64,000 nt of DNA, taken from assembly GCA_044892525.1 (NCBI GenBank), contig CM097885.1, positions 94,736,001-94,800,000 on the forward strand, in the 5' to 3' direction. How positions within the stretch are numbered: the first letter of the stretch is position 1; every line of letters starts with the position of its first letter. The position numbers and the translations under genes are program-made. Below are positions 35,421 through 49,110 of this stretch, one piece after another. This stretch comes from Schmidtea polychroa. Lineage: Eukaryota. The notes beneath the pieces are model-generated. The model had not been told where the DNA came from. It searched no databases and saw only the letters and a program-made list of their open reading frames with translations.

Positions 35421-38400
35421 GAAAAATTTAAAGAAATTTGAAAAAATTGTCCGGGTTTGAAGGGAAAATGGATAAAACGATGAAGTTTTTTGTAGTAGCA
35501 GCGAAATGTCTTGTTTGCCTTTCCTCAATTATTTTATCAAGGAAATTCAGGAAGATTGCTATTACTTAGGAATACAAGGATAGTCAATTCATTAATTTAA
35601 TTGAAAAATAATATATCAATCAAGAAATATGTAAATGCAATAGAATTTTTTTTATCAGTCTACAGCTTTTTTATATAATACATTTTAATGAATACATTTT
35701 TATAATTAAAAGAGAATTTTATATTCATCATAGAAAATACAAATCAACTTTTAGCGCATTCGCCAACTTTACAAAGTTTGCAAACTGTAATACGGCACCA
35801 GTGACTCATAACGCGCTGAACGTGTTAACCCTTTCGGTGCTACGTCCGTAAATATACGTTTTGAAATTTTGTAATCTGCAACTGTCGTGTGTTGCTGCCA
35901 TGTGCCACTTCCGTATATATACATTTACAGTTTTTCTAAAGTTGCAAATAGCGCTCGTTCTTACTTTAACTTCGTAGCGAAGACTTAACCTCCAAAGTTA
36001 ATATTTACACTACCAGTAGTTAATAATTTAGAGGTTTAATTAAATAAGTAATAATAATTTTTTAGCTTTTAATAAATCATTGAAGTAAAAATAAGTCAAA
36101 TGATTATAAAAAGAATTATAGTTACAAATTTTCAAAGGTCTGTATACTTCAAAGGAATGTCAAATGATAAAACATTTGTGTTAGTGAAAGAATTCTAAAA
36201 AAGTACGATACGATTGATAAATAATATCAAAGGGACACAAATTGTTTTCATCTGTGAGCATATAAATCGAAACCAACATTTTATTCATTATGAATTTTTT
36301 TTGTATTTTTCAACATGTAGGAATAGTTTCCAAGTATTTGATAATACAATTATCGGCGCTCACAGGAAGTTTTCAATGGTAATAAATTTCGCTAATAATT
36401 TTAATATTTCTGATCAATAAATTTATTTAAAACACTTGAAAAAGACAGTGGTGAAAATTCGTCAATATCAAAAAATAACATCGATATCATTACTGATTCA
36501 TAGTCAAGATTTTTAATAAATACAATGTCAATTGAAAAGAAAAAGTGGTGAAAATTGAAAAAGGTTTTTATAATAATTTAAATTAAAATCCATTTATATA
36601 AAGATTTATTTTAATTTTTATTTACAAAATATATTTAAAAAATATAACATTCCCATAAATTAGTAACCAAAAGATACATAATAATCAAAAAATATAAATG
36701 ATTGCTAATAATAACAATTTAATTAGAAAATAAATTATAACTGTAATGTATTTGACAGCGTTACAGAATAATGTCTTATTACGATGTTACACAAACGACT
36801 TTTTTCAGTTACACCCGTTTGCACTGAATAAACGCATCTATAATATGGGTTGGTATGTACAATCAATTATAGATGCGTCATTCTTTATGATGAAAAATTT
36901 TGGAATGCATGTGGTTAATTTAACTACATGCATTCAACTACTTATTTAGCTATTTTAACTATTTGTATTTAGCCATTCTATAAATGGCTTTCAAGTAATT
37001 TTTTTTATTTAAAGTAAACTTTAAGGCTTGAATATCCATATATGAGATTATTATTCAAGCTCTTAAATAATACTTTTTATCAACATTTTTTATTATAAAT
37101 TATTTAATAATATTTGTAATAATATATTACCTTGTGGTGGTTTCGGCAGATACATGTAATGTGTGGTAATAAAATATTTTTCTTCATTTCTTCTATTATT
37201 TATCGATGGTCACTAATCACGCAAAACCAACTTAGTTTTAGCTAATCGCAATCAGGTTTTTCTTTATCAAAAATACAATTTGTATTATTACTCTCGTCGA
37301 CAAATTCACCTCAAATATCATTGGACAATCTACCGAAACTTTAATTCTACAAAACCATAATTTATTCCACCAATTTTTGGAAGATATCATTACACCAATC
37401 ATAATGGGTTTAGATATACTAAAACAACATTCATCTGTCATATTTGAAACAAATGGAAACAAAAATCCACTAACTTTTCTTATGTAATAAATTTCTCAGT
37501 AATAAATTGTCCAAAATGTGCTTAATAAATTTAATTTATTCAACAATTTGCAGAAAAAATTAGATTCTGAATATGGTGACATTGTGTATTTTAGGCATAT
37601 CAGGTAGAAAAATAATATATCATTACATGGGGAAAATATTATAAGAACTGTTTTTCCAATTTCACCACTGAACTTTTTTCCATTGAATTTAGTAATCGAT
37701 ACATTTAATCTGAAAGAAGATAGATATGGAGCCGTCATACCATTGGTACACTAAGCCAACCCCCTGCTGAGGGTTGGCTGTGGGTTTTGTGAAGCCTCAG
37801 CAAAATATTATATTCGGGGCCCCTTCCCAGAGAAGGAAGAAATGATATATGAACATAATTTTACCAATTTATTTCTTCTATATATTCAATAATATGTACA
37901 CATTAACATAATATTTTATATTATTATTTCGTACAAACAATTTTTACTGCTAATTCCTCGATAATATCATCAAACTTTATCTGTTTTGTTACTTCCTGCT
38001 CTATTGAACACATAGGCACCCCTCTAACCTATCTTGTTGCATGGTTTATCTTAGATAATTTTTTATTAACTTTAATTTGAGCAAACTGCGATCGGAGGAA
38101 GGTACTGAAACAGCCGTTGTTAGCATTCGGTTAAGGAGAGCGGAGCGGTGTATATGTGCAACGTGGACATTGCTTTTTCATTTTACGCAGCAGCTGCGGC
38201 AGACAAGGAGGCTGCAAAACTTGCCCTAACTACTAACTAGCGTGAGGCTTAGGGAAAATCCCCAAAGTGCAGACCTCTGCGCTGGCTCTACAAGTAACCA
38301 TTTATTTATTTTTTCAAATCGACTTTAAAACCATGGGCCTGTAAGGATAAATAAATATTCTATATAGTTTAATTAATATATATTTCACACATACATGCTA

Positions 38401-39453
38401 TATAGTTGTGGGGGTAGGAAAAGTTGTCTATGTGTAATGGAAAATAAATAAGAGATATCTCAAATATATATATATTAATATACATTTATTGACTATAGTT
38501 GGTTAGATACAACAAAAATGACAAAGTTGACCAATATTCATAAATTAGTAAATGTTAGCAAATGTTACATTTAAAAATATTACCCTAATTATCCATGAAT
38601 TCCTGATGAAGATATATTACGCAAATGATCATCTATTTCTCACTAACTTACATATATGACCATGTTTTTGCTGATTAATATACATAAGTGGTCTAATTTG
38701 TTAAATGATATCCAAATCGTCATGTATTTATTGGAACTATGAATTCGTTAAATTTTATCTCAATTAGTCATACATTGTAACAAAGATATCAAAATTTGAC
38801 TAAATTTTACTTCAAATGATAAAACATTTCTACCAAAATTTCATAAATTACCAATGAAATGTTCTATTAAAATGAGTATGTATTTCTCACGAAGTTGTAT
38901 AAATTTATCAATGAATTTGTTAACCCTACACTGCATGACTTTTTATATTTTATATTTTTACACTTTCACTTAAACTGTAAGACGTTTTAAAAATTGATTT
39001 GGTAATACAAAACTATTGAGAATTAAATTACGGTTTTTGTGTATTATATTGCAAATATAGCCAATACAAAGTAATATGAGAGAACATTTACCGAGAACAA
39101 GAGCGAGACAGTTTTTATTTTAATAAGATAATTGTGTATCACCAGTGATACAATATGCAGTGTAGGATTAAATATTGTCTGACAATGTCCATATTTTACT
39201 TGAATGATATGTGCTTTATAAAATGACCATGTATTTTCTCTAAATGGCTTAAGAATTTCTATATGCTTTTCAAATGATCATGTTTTTATTGATTAGAAAA
39301 ATTAAAATCTAATAATTGAAATAAAAGAAGTAGATATTTATTAAAAAATCATTTTAGATATAAAAACTATAAGTAAATTTTGATTGGTCAAATATAAATA
39401 AATTCAAAATTATTATATTTTTCATCAAAATTAAAGGAAAGTAAATAATTAAA

Positions 39454-40380
39454 ATGTCAATTTTGTCCATAGACGATCAAATAATTTTAAAAAGCTTTCA
39501 AACGGCACTTTTAGGAATTGGTTTCATTTTTAATTCATGGAGCGCTATTATTATGATCAAATATAAGATTTTCTTGTCTACATTCACAAGGATAGTTCTT
39601 CTGAATCAATTTTTGTTTGATACTCTCATTTGTTTACTAACAATCTTTATGTTGTGGATAGTGAAGGATGATTTTGATGAAAATTATGGGCTAGACCGAC
39701 TGATATGCATAGCATGGTCATCGCAAACCTTATATTGGATGTGCGCAACCCTTAGCAATCAAACTCTGGTCTGGACAACATTTGACCGATATCTCGCTGT
39801 CATTTATCCGACTTTTTATAAATTTAAAAAAAAACTATTACTTACTTTTTATTTATTATCAAGTTGTTTGATAAGTTTGTCATTTGGTCTGGAGATTGGA
39901 CTGCTCTCAACCATTAGAAACGGTTCATGCGTCTGGACCCCAACATCAGAAAGTTCATTATTCCGATTGTCATCACTCAGCTATTCGATAATGAATTATT
40001 TTCTTCCAGTTTTTTTATTTATATTTTGTTATTTTCGTGTGATAGTGAAAATGAAAAATCTGAAAAATAAAGACAAGACTGATGGAAGTTTAAAACGATC
40101 AACCATCACATTCACAATTGCGTGTTTCATTAACGTCATTTTATATATTATTTTATTACTAATGGACAACATTATATTTATATTGAGGAGCTTTGATTTG
40201 TTCACCTTTGATGCTGGGTCAGATATTCAGATGATCTCCCTATTTCTGGTCAGCATCAATAGCTGCATCAACCCGTTCATTTATCTTACCGTAATGAGGA
40301 ATTTTAGAAAATATTTTTTTCTCATTAACCTGATAAGCAATCTGAGCAAAGTTGGACCCTCTCGCAGCGTCATAAACTAG
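39454..40380 (+). CDS. Intronless rhodopsin-family (class A) GPCR, 308 aa
   Basis: Seven hydrophobic segments, DRY (TFDRYLAVIYP), TM7 NSCINPFIY, Cys at the top of TM3 (LICIAW) and in ECL2 (GSCVW); ATG to stop intact. Confidence 0.88.
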   Translation: MSILSIDDQIILKSFQTALLGIGFIFNSWSAIIMIKYKIFLSTFTRIVLLNQFLFDTLICLLTIFMLWIVKDDFDENYGLDRLICIAWSSQTLYWMCATLSNQTLVWTTFDRYLAVIYPTFYKFKKKLLLTFYLLSSCLISLSFGLEIGLLSTIRNGSCVWTPTSESSLFRLSSLSYSIMNYFLPVFLFIFCYFRVIVKMKNLKNKDKTDGSLKRSTITFTIACFINVILYIILLLMDNIIFILRSFDLFTFDAGSDIQMISLFLVSINSCINPFIYLTVMRNFRKYFFLINLISNLSKVGPSRSVIN

Positions 40381-40692
40381 ATTTCTTGTAAACATAATTT
40401 TATTATACATTTAAATATATAAAATATTAAACGGAATTGAGTAGTGCGTGGTTTTTAAATTGTCAATATTTAATTGAAATTTTTAATGAAATAATTAATT
40501 ATTTAATTTAATTAACTTAAAAAGTGAATTAAATGTTGTCTAAAAGTCTTACAATGTTTCGATTTCGTAAGAAAAAAGGAAATAATCTCAAGAATAAATA
40601 ATGGTCAGATTTTTTTTTAATTGGGAAAAGTATGATTTCGCTTCAGTAAGTAAGACGCAGGATGTGTCCCCTCTAGGACGGTACTCCCTCTT

Positions 40693-42400
40693 CCTCCTGC
40701 CGAGGAAAAAAATTATTAGGCTATTTTTTTTTGCTTAATATTTTTATGTAGGTCAACTCAAAAGTTTACGATTTTCAAGGTTTTCTAAATACATTTTTCA
40801 TAGTTTTTATGTAGGTTAACTTAAAAATTGTGCCCCCTACAGGATAGTCTATATATAGTTATTAAATATGTAGGTCATATAGATTTAATTATAAAAAGGT
40901 TGGTCATATAAATATAATTATTTATTAAGTAGGTTACAGACACTGACAAATACACTTCATATAGTTTTTAAATATGTAGTTCATATAGATATAATAATAA
41001 ATAAGTTAGTCATACATATACTATTTAGTTTCAATAATTATTTTAACTGTGTGAGAATAAAATATTTCAATGATTTATTAAAATAGTTTTAAATGATAAA
41101 TAATTGGCTATTTAAAATTACTTTTATAAACATTTTTAAATTGAAATTTTTAAATTAAAAAATTAGACAAGCTTTTATTAGTAAATCATTTTTAAATCAT
41201 TTTTAAATAAATATATTTTAAATATCGAAATTTTAATAAATGGTTTTTGAAATATTTTATTCAACGTTGAAAATTTGTTAATATTTGTTAAATTTGCTAA
41301 TATATAGTATGTGTATATGACCTACTTAATTATTGTTAGGGTTCAACAGGAGAGGCACAAAAAATGAGGTAAAAAATCAATAAAAACACCAAATTCACAG
41401 TCAAAACTTAAAGTACAAAATATTAATTAAAAAATCAAAAAAATTTAAAAAATGAATATTTCCGGGGGAAACTGGTATGGGCGGATGCTTAATAATGAGA
41501 CGAGTTCAACTATGATAAAATAAAATCAATTTATCCCTAGAAGGAATAAATTACAAAAAACAAAAATTAATTAAAAATTAATTAACTAATGGAGAACCCG
41601 AGCTAATGGGAAACCCGAGCGATTTGAGAGAATCTGAATTACCCATCAAATTAGGAAAGGCAATTAAATTAGCCGAATAAAATGAAATTTAAGCGAGCCG
41701 TCAAAGAAAAAAGGGCAATTTCCTTAAAGCGAATTAGAGCTACAAGAGGAAGCCCGGGAGGAAGTTAGATCCAGACTAATTTGTCAAAGTAAAATCAATT
41801 ACAAATTGGGTAGAAAAGCGACCGGCAAGAAAACAGAATTGCCAGTTGGTCGAAGAAAAAGAAAACAAGAAGTTCATTGAGAGCGATCGGAAAACGTTAA
41901 AGTTAGCAATTAAATAATTTAAATCGAACGTACCAGAAAGGGACATCTCCCGTTGGAAGATTTCTCCCTGCGTGAGATTGATAGTCTATTGAAAAGTGCA
42001 GACCAAAAGGGTTGAATCAAGTGTGGTTGAATTAATAAAAAGTGTAACTAAAGTGTAACTATATCGGTCTTAAATAAAGATTTTGTGTTGGGTCGTTTAT
42101 TTATTTTGAAATGAACACAAAGGAGTCAGACAGTAATACCGACTTACACAAAATACCCAACATTATTATTAAATATATATAACTTACTTATTTAATAACT
42201 ATATATAGACTGTCCTGAAGGAGACACAAGTTTTTAGGAGGATGTGTGTCTGTGTGACTTACATTATGTTTGACTTTACCTACATAAAAACTGTGAAAAA
42301 ATTTCGTTATAAAGCCTTTAAAATGGTAAAAAAATTTTAATTTTTGAGTTGACCTACATAAATTTTTTTTAGCCTAATACATTTTTTCCTCAGCAGGAGG
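40693..42400. mobile_element. Foldback/MITE with long imperfect TIRs, interrupted by a solo LTR
   Basis: CCTCCTGC(C/T)GAGGAAAAAA..TATTAGGCTA..TTTATGTAGGTCAACTCAAAA mirrored at 42340-42400; further mirrored blocks at 40850 and 42195. Confidence 0.75.
41334..42162 (+). mobile_element. Solo LTR (829 bp)
   Basis: TGTTAGGG...CCCAACA; 4-bp TSD TTAT; AACCCGAG module. Confidence 0.88.
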
Positions 42401-43958
42401 ACGGTTATAGTATAGCCAGAGGATAGGTGATATTGTAGAAACAAATGAAAAATATATTCCATAAGGCAAAGAACGTTTTTCATAAAATAATCTTGATGAA
42501 ATATTTGTAATTAGTAAACATTTGTTTGCAATATCGAAATCTCCTTTCAGAATGTTTCAATGCAAATTTATTAGCCGATGCAACAACCGAAGACAATAAC
42601 CAGATGGGATATTCCCCAAATACATTTTGAAATAACTATTCTAACTAGAATAAAAGTATATTACCCTTATATGCTTTTTTATGGTTTTAGACGTAACTCA
42701 TTCTTTTTCTCATTTACTAACCTTATTAGATAAAATTCCGGTTTTATCAAATTTTATTTTGAGAGGAATTTTCTTGAAATGAAATTATGACTTAAAGTGA
42801 GGATTAAATTAAGTTGGTCATTCTTTTAGTGTTTTACTGGACAGTCAGAATTTTCATTCATTATTCCTCGTTATAACTTGTTATATAAAACATTCAGAGA
42901 TACCAATGATTCTCGTCTTTTAACTTTTATCACTGTTCACTGATGCGTGATATAAATAAATCAAATATAAATTGGGTGCAACATGTATCAGATATATGCT
43001 GTTGAGGGATAATTTATGATATACACATATTTGAGAATAATTATTAAAGTTAATTTTCTTATCGCATTTTAGAAAAGACTGTTGCGTGTTGCGTATATAT
43101 TTATATAATACATGAATATGATAGTATTCATGTTTAACATAATATTTATTATATTACACTACAAATTTGTTATTTCCCAAATCGAAATATCGTAGTTTTC
43201 TACAGAATATAGAAATCTATGATTAAAATCGTAATCAGAAATAAAGCACGACGGCAGTCTATGGAATGCGTAAACTCACCTACTCATTGATTTTTTGCGC
43301 TGTGTACATTACCAACATTGCATTTGTCATGTCTGTTCGGATGGTTAAAAGTAATATAGTTATGAAGGCGTTTAGGAAAGAGTTGAGGAATAATCTATCA
43401 GCGACCTTAGAAAATTTAAACAACACACCTCTTAGGTGCTAACATTGTTTTCATCTTACTTTTTCTTCCACCTCCAATAAAAAAATTTGTCCCTCAATTT
43501 ATTGTATGTTAAATGAATTTAATTATTATTATTAATAAGATTTTTCACTTATTTAAAAAATTTTATTTCAAATAATTTTACAAGGAAAAATGTTTAATTT
43601 TTGCAAATTTTAAAATGATATTTTCACTTAAAATGAATATTACAAAATCAATACATAATCAAAAAATTATATTTTCATTTAGAAATATTGTTTAATTGAT
43701 AAATGCAATTTGTAGACTGCAACTAAAATTTTCATGCTTGCTCGAATATTAGTAAGATAAATTTAATTAATTAATTTTTATTTTTAAATAATGAATGCCT
43801 TGCATTTTGGAAATGACAAATGAAAAATATGCCTTGAAATAATATAAGTAGGTAGATGTTAGCTCCTTGCAACACAACCATCCGGTAAACCTCTATCCTC
43901 TACCCCCCCACTGACGCAGGAAGTCATAGGGATTTTTCAAAATCACTATAGTGATAGG

Positions 43959-44864
43959 CAGGGCCTAGGAGAGAGAGTGCAGAGCCCGGGACCAAAATTT
44001 TTTTGGAGCCCCTTTTTAATAATTAAAAAATATATATAGTTAGCGACAACACAATATAAAAACAAATTTTATTATATTAATGATTTACGGGCTTTTGAAA
44101 TTGCAAATTTATCAATTATTTCACTAAAATTTAGGTTTCTTGCAATATCGTTATTAATATGCAGCATTGCTAATCCATTTAGCCGCTCTTGTGCCATTGT
44201 AGATCTCAAGAAATTCTTAATACGTTTTTGAGCTGAAAACGTACGTTCAGACTCGGCTACAGAAACCGGGATTGTCAAAAATATTCTTAATACAACTACA
44301 AGATTTGAAAAAAATTTCATACCTTCTGTTCACTTCTTTTAGTATTAAAATTTATTGAAATTAATTTTTATCAAATAGAAGCACAAACAATATAAACAAA
44401 CTTTAATTCAGTTTAACACCGACAATTTTAAATTTAAAATTTCAATGAGAAATTTTTGAAATATTTCAAGCCGTTTCATTTCATTTTTTAGTAGAGAAAT
44501 TTTAATGAAATTTAAAATATTCTTTCGAATTCCACGCTAGTTCAGTTTAAATTAGGGGCCCCAATATCATATCATTAATAAACGGATATTTTTAAAAATA
44601 TTTTTAAAAATCTTTTATTCGTGGATTTTAATAACGATTAAGCAATTTTAAATGATGAATTCCTAATCTTAGATCAATCTGATTTATTTAAAAACATGTT
44701 CGATTGATATATAAGAGCAAAGAAGTTATATCATTAGTCCATTTTCAAATTGTTGAATTTTTAAAAATTAATTTTTGTTTCCAAAAAAATTTCTTCAAAT
44801 AAAATTTTGAAGATTTGGGGACCGGGGCTAGTGGCCCCTCTGGCCCCGCCTCTCCTAGGGCCTG
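43959..44864 (-). mobile_element. Internally deleted hAT element retaining the hATC dimerisation ORF (44072-44320)
   Basis: TIR CAGGGCCTAGGAGA (13/14); perfect 8-bp TSD GTGATAGG; LRIFLTIPVSVAESERTFSAQKRIKNFLRSTMAQERLNGLAML. Confidence 0.92.
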
Positions 44865-45280
44865 GTGATAGGGTATTTTAGGTCTCTGGGATTTCTGTAC
44901 ACCAAATCCTACTCTCATTAAAAAGCCATAGTATTTATTGGTCCCAAGATTTTTGTAAAAGAATTTTTGGTTAGATATTTAGAATATTCACTGAGTTATA
45001 AGAAATTAAGATAATATTAAAAATAAGTAAATTAAAGAAAATTTAAGTAATAATTTAAAATTTATGGTAAGTAATTTTAAATATTCTATTTCCACTGAGA
45101 AATTAGGGTAAAAATAATTTAAAAATAAGCAAATTAAAGTAAATTCAAATAAATTAATTTTTAAATTAGTAATAATTTTGAAATAAGTAAAATAATTTTT
45201 TAAAATTAAATATTTTAAAATTAAATAAATCAGTAAATTAGAGTAATAGTTAAAAATTAAGTAAATTAAAGTAATAAATT

Positions 45281-46265
45281 TGTTGGGTTTTATGATATCA
45301 AAAATCGATAATCGCCGTTGGTTACTCTGACTCCACGTGTTCCAAAAATTAATAAACACAACTCCCAACGTACATTTGTTTTATAGGAAATTTACAATTC
45401 TCAATAAATAACGACACTTTTAGTTAACCACAATTTTCTCACAATTACCGATCGAACTCCGCTCTGGGAGGTCTCAACCTTGTACTATTAAAAATAAGTT
45501 TCATCTTTTTGCTTGATTCCGCTCTCTGAGTCGAACTCTTTTAATATTCCTTTTCGACTTCTCGATTCCTCTTATAATTCTTTTCTTCTTTTATTTTATT
45601 CCTCGAAATTCTATCGTCTGTTTCTTCTTCCCTACCTAAGACTACCGATGATTATTCTGAGTTTCCTTTTATACTCCCATAATCATTGTAATTGCCCCAT
45701 TTTCGACCTAATTGGTTTTGACTTCTTTAGTTATCATTCCCTAATTAGCTTTTTCTGTTGACCCTCTTCGTAATTCCCCTTTTTTTGTTTACCCTCGTTT
45801 ATCCGATTGTTTGGATAATTGCCGTCTGAATTCCTGTTTGCTTACCTTTACAAACTGCCGTGCTCGGGTTTTCTTCATCCCTCGGGTTCTCCAATGTCTC
45901 GGGCTTCTCATTAGCTCGGGTTTCCCATTAGCCAATTAATTAATTAATTTTACGTTTTTTTCATATTTGTCTGTTTTACGACCTTTTCTAAACATTTTCT
46001 AATAATTTCCTGCTCACTGTCTTCTTCACCATCCCCTAATCTACCCCTCTCCCGTTTTCCAGCTTCAATTTCGATAACTTTTCACTTTATTCCACTTCCT
46101 CAGATTTGCGCATTTTTCCATTTCGTGTCTGATTGTACCCATTTATAGTTCTGTTTTTATCATATCTTTCTTTGCCATTGCTTCTCTGCATGACCGTCAT
46201 TCAATTTCGGTTTTCCTTTTTATCTGAACTATATACTTTAATAATTTGCTTTTAAAACCTCAACA
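45281..46265 (-). mobile_element. Solo LTR (985 bp), close relative of 61452-62428
   Basis: TGTTGGG...CCTCAACA; 4-bp TSD AATT; collinear reverse-complement homology to 61452-62428. Confidence 0.92.
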
Positions 46266-46889
46266 AATTAAAATTTATGGTACAATATTTTGAAGGATCG
46301 ACGTCCTATAAGAATTTTAAAAAAGTAAAGAAATTTTCGTTGCAAATTTTTATGAAATAAATTTTCAAAGATAGTTTGATATGCAAAGTAAGCAGCTCCA
46401 TTCACTACACAGCTCTTTCTATTCACTAAGCATCATGCTCTATATAATTAAATCATGTACACAATAAATAAGTAACCAGCTAAAACTGCTATTTCTTCAG
46501 TGTATTTTATCAAATGTTTTTGAAATAAATTAGTTTTTTATTTGTGTTAAAATTCAAAAATATTTTTAACTAAATTGCAATCAGAAGTTAAGAAAACCTT
46601 TTCTGCTTAACTATAATGTAGTTTAAATTTAACAAAAATGCTAAGTTTTAAAAGAGAATAATTGGCAACTCAGTCATTGTAAAATAATACAACACCGCGT
46701 TCAAATGAATGGTGAAAAATGAACTAGTTAACACCCAATTAACGTAATACTAAATTATTAATAACGAACCTACTAAATTGATGGGTGGTAATATTTAAAA
46801 GTTACCAATTAAATTTCTGACTCCAAAGCGTGTTTTATCTGACCCACAAAATAACAATGCTCAGACAAGATAAACCTTTCTTTATTTTC

Positions 46890-47130
46890 TTGCGGAATGT
46901 TGACCTCAGTGGCATGGTGGCCAGGTATGACAAACGACATTGAAAATTTTGTAAGAAATTGTTCAATGTGCTCGAAAATCCGACCAAATCCAATCAAAAC
47001 AGTTCATCGATGGCCCGATGTTAAACCGTTCGAACGAGTACATATTGACTGGGCATACGCCAAAGAGGTTGGCAACATTCTAATTATAGTTGACTCGGGT
47101 TCGGTTTGGATCGAAAGAGAGGATAATAAA
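46890..47130 (+). pseudogene. Gypsy integrase relic (zinc finger to first catalytic D)
   Basis: WWPGMTNDIENFVRNCSMC...PFERVHIDWA...LIIVDSGSVWIE. Confidence 0.8.
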
Positions 47131-47872
47131 AAATCCGACTGTCGCTAAAAAGAATTAAAGGTCCCAGGATTTTTTGTACATAGAATTTATCGTTCGACAT
47201 TTTGATTAATTGATGGCCACGTGAAAATTTGATAATTAAGTTAATTTAAGTAATTTAAGGACTATATTTAGTAATTAAGTAAATCAAGGGCTATAATTTA
47301 AAATTAAGTAAATTAAGGGTTATGTTTGGTAATTAAGTAAACCAAGGGCTAGGTACCAACAACCATGTACAATATATCAATAACAACCATGTATACTAAC
47401 AAATTAAGAGGTACTAACAAAAACAATCAATTTTTTTCCTTTGTTAATATTACCTAACCTTTTATGACAATATGCACATATTTTATTAATTATTTTATTT
47501 ACATTGAAGTGACTACAAACAGCCCCCAAATATTTTCCAGTAAAGTGATCTCTAACACAATCACCAAAATATTTCAACTGAATCAGCATTAATTTCTCTT
47601 AATTTATTTATTAAAGAAAGTGGAAATACTATTTCTTTAATATTTAACTTAGTTGCGTTAATACTTAATATTTGATGGATTCCTCGTAAATCACTTCGAA
47701 CAGTAGGTAAAATTCCGAGTATTTTCACAAACATATCTCCACCATTGTATCAATTTAGGAAGCCAACGATATGTTATCTTCAATCACTTCTACCTCTTCC
47801 AACATTGATCCGTCCCATGAATCCAAAGACACATTATCTTCAATCATAGTTAATGATTCACCAATATTATTG

Positions 47873-48913
47873 TGTTGAGGTCCGTAAATTAAAATAAATT
47901 TAAATGAAATTTAGGTTAATAATTTAAATAAAAAGAAAGTGAAGAAAAAGACAAATAAAAGCGGGATCATGCACAGAATTAATAGTAAAGAAAAGTGTGA
48001 TGGAAGCAGAATTAGAAAATGCCAAAAGCAATTACGAAAGGCAAGAATCGGGAAATCCGAGAAAAATCAATAAATGGTAAAATCATCGAAATCGAATGGG
48101 GAAAACTGGTCAGGTATAGAGTAGCTAATGGTCAACAAGATGATGTTTAGGGATTTATCAGAAAATGGTTAGGAAGGGTCGAAAAGTATTCAAATGTATG
48201 AAAACAGAAAACGTTAATTAATTAATTAATTGGCTAATGGAAAACCCGAGCTAATGAGAAACCCGAGCCAATGGAGAACCCGAGAGGTGAAGGAAACCCG
48301 AGCTGGGTAAACAAGAAGAAAAGCAAACCGAAGGAAGATTTGGGCCCATTAGCTTGACACAATGAATAATTGGAAAAGAGCAAGGAGAAGATAGTGCGTG
48401 TAGAAAGACCGGAAGGGCCATAAATTATCTGGATTCGTTGGACCATTATGGGTGACAGCAGATACGTGGAAGCAAATGTCAAGTGAAAGATTGGCTCGGC
48501 AATAACCATTTGTCATCCCGATTTCGAGGAGTATATAAGGAAAGGGAAAATCAGAAAAAATCGGCATTTTGCCTCAGCTAGGGTTAGAAGAAACCGAGTT
48601 AGGAATAGGTAAAACGAATTAAGAAGATTAGGAAAAAGAAGATATAGAACAGGAATACGAAAAGGTGAAAAAGAATCAAATCAAACAGAAAAGAGGAAAA
48701 CGTGGGTCAAGAGAATCTAAAGAGACAAAAGGTGAATATTATCTATTTACAAAGCATCAACGCCGAGCGGAGAATCGGTCAAACGTAACTTTGATTATTA
48801 ACTGTAAAGTGGTGATAAAGAATTGTGAATTTGTTATTTCAATATACGTTGTTTTGATTTAAAGGACACGAGGAGTCAGAGGGAACCGACTTAAAGTAAT
48901 TTAAAACCCAACA
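47873..48913 (+). mobile_element. Solo LTR (1041 bp)
   Basis: TGTTGAGG...CCCAACA; 4-bp TSD ATTG; AACCCGAG x4 module; TATA-like GTATATAAGG near 48531. Confidence 0.9.
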
Positions 48914-49110
48914 ATTGCTTATCGTCATATTTAGAGGTTCATGAATTGTAGTAATTATATGTTTAGCTAATCTTGTACTTGTAGGATCGGTCACCTTTAT
49001 TTTTTTAATATTAGTGTTATTAGTAGATATTTCAACGGTAGCTGGTCGATTTAATTAATACATCTTTTTAATAAATATTGCACAAATGATCTTTGTGATC
49101 ATTATAAAAA

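Larger units (their letters stand above)
43847..46330. mobile_element. Third member of the AGTAGGTAG family (left end plus internal sequence), split by a hAT and a solo LTR; right end not found
   Basis: AGTAGGTAGATGTTAG at 43847; internal blocks at 44873-45280 resemble 56000-56280 and 26000-26500; end coordinate approximate. Confidence 0.5.

Noticed and set aside
35825-35860. piggyBac MITE starting TTAA-CCCTTTCGG
   Set aside because: No matching right end GGG-TTAA found nearby.
37754-37779. Hairpin AGCCAACCC-8-GGGTTGGCT as a terminator
   Set aside because: Eukaryotic context, no U-tract and no upstream gene; an isolated 9-bp stem can arise by chance.
38604-38640. Other CTGATGA / TCATCAG hits as hammerheads (also ~29857, ~12963, ~53790)
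   Set aside because: No stem II-GAAA-stem III-UH arrangement follows them.
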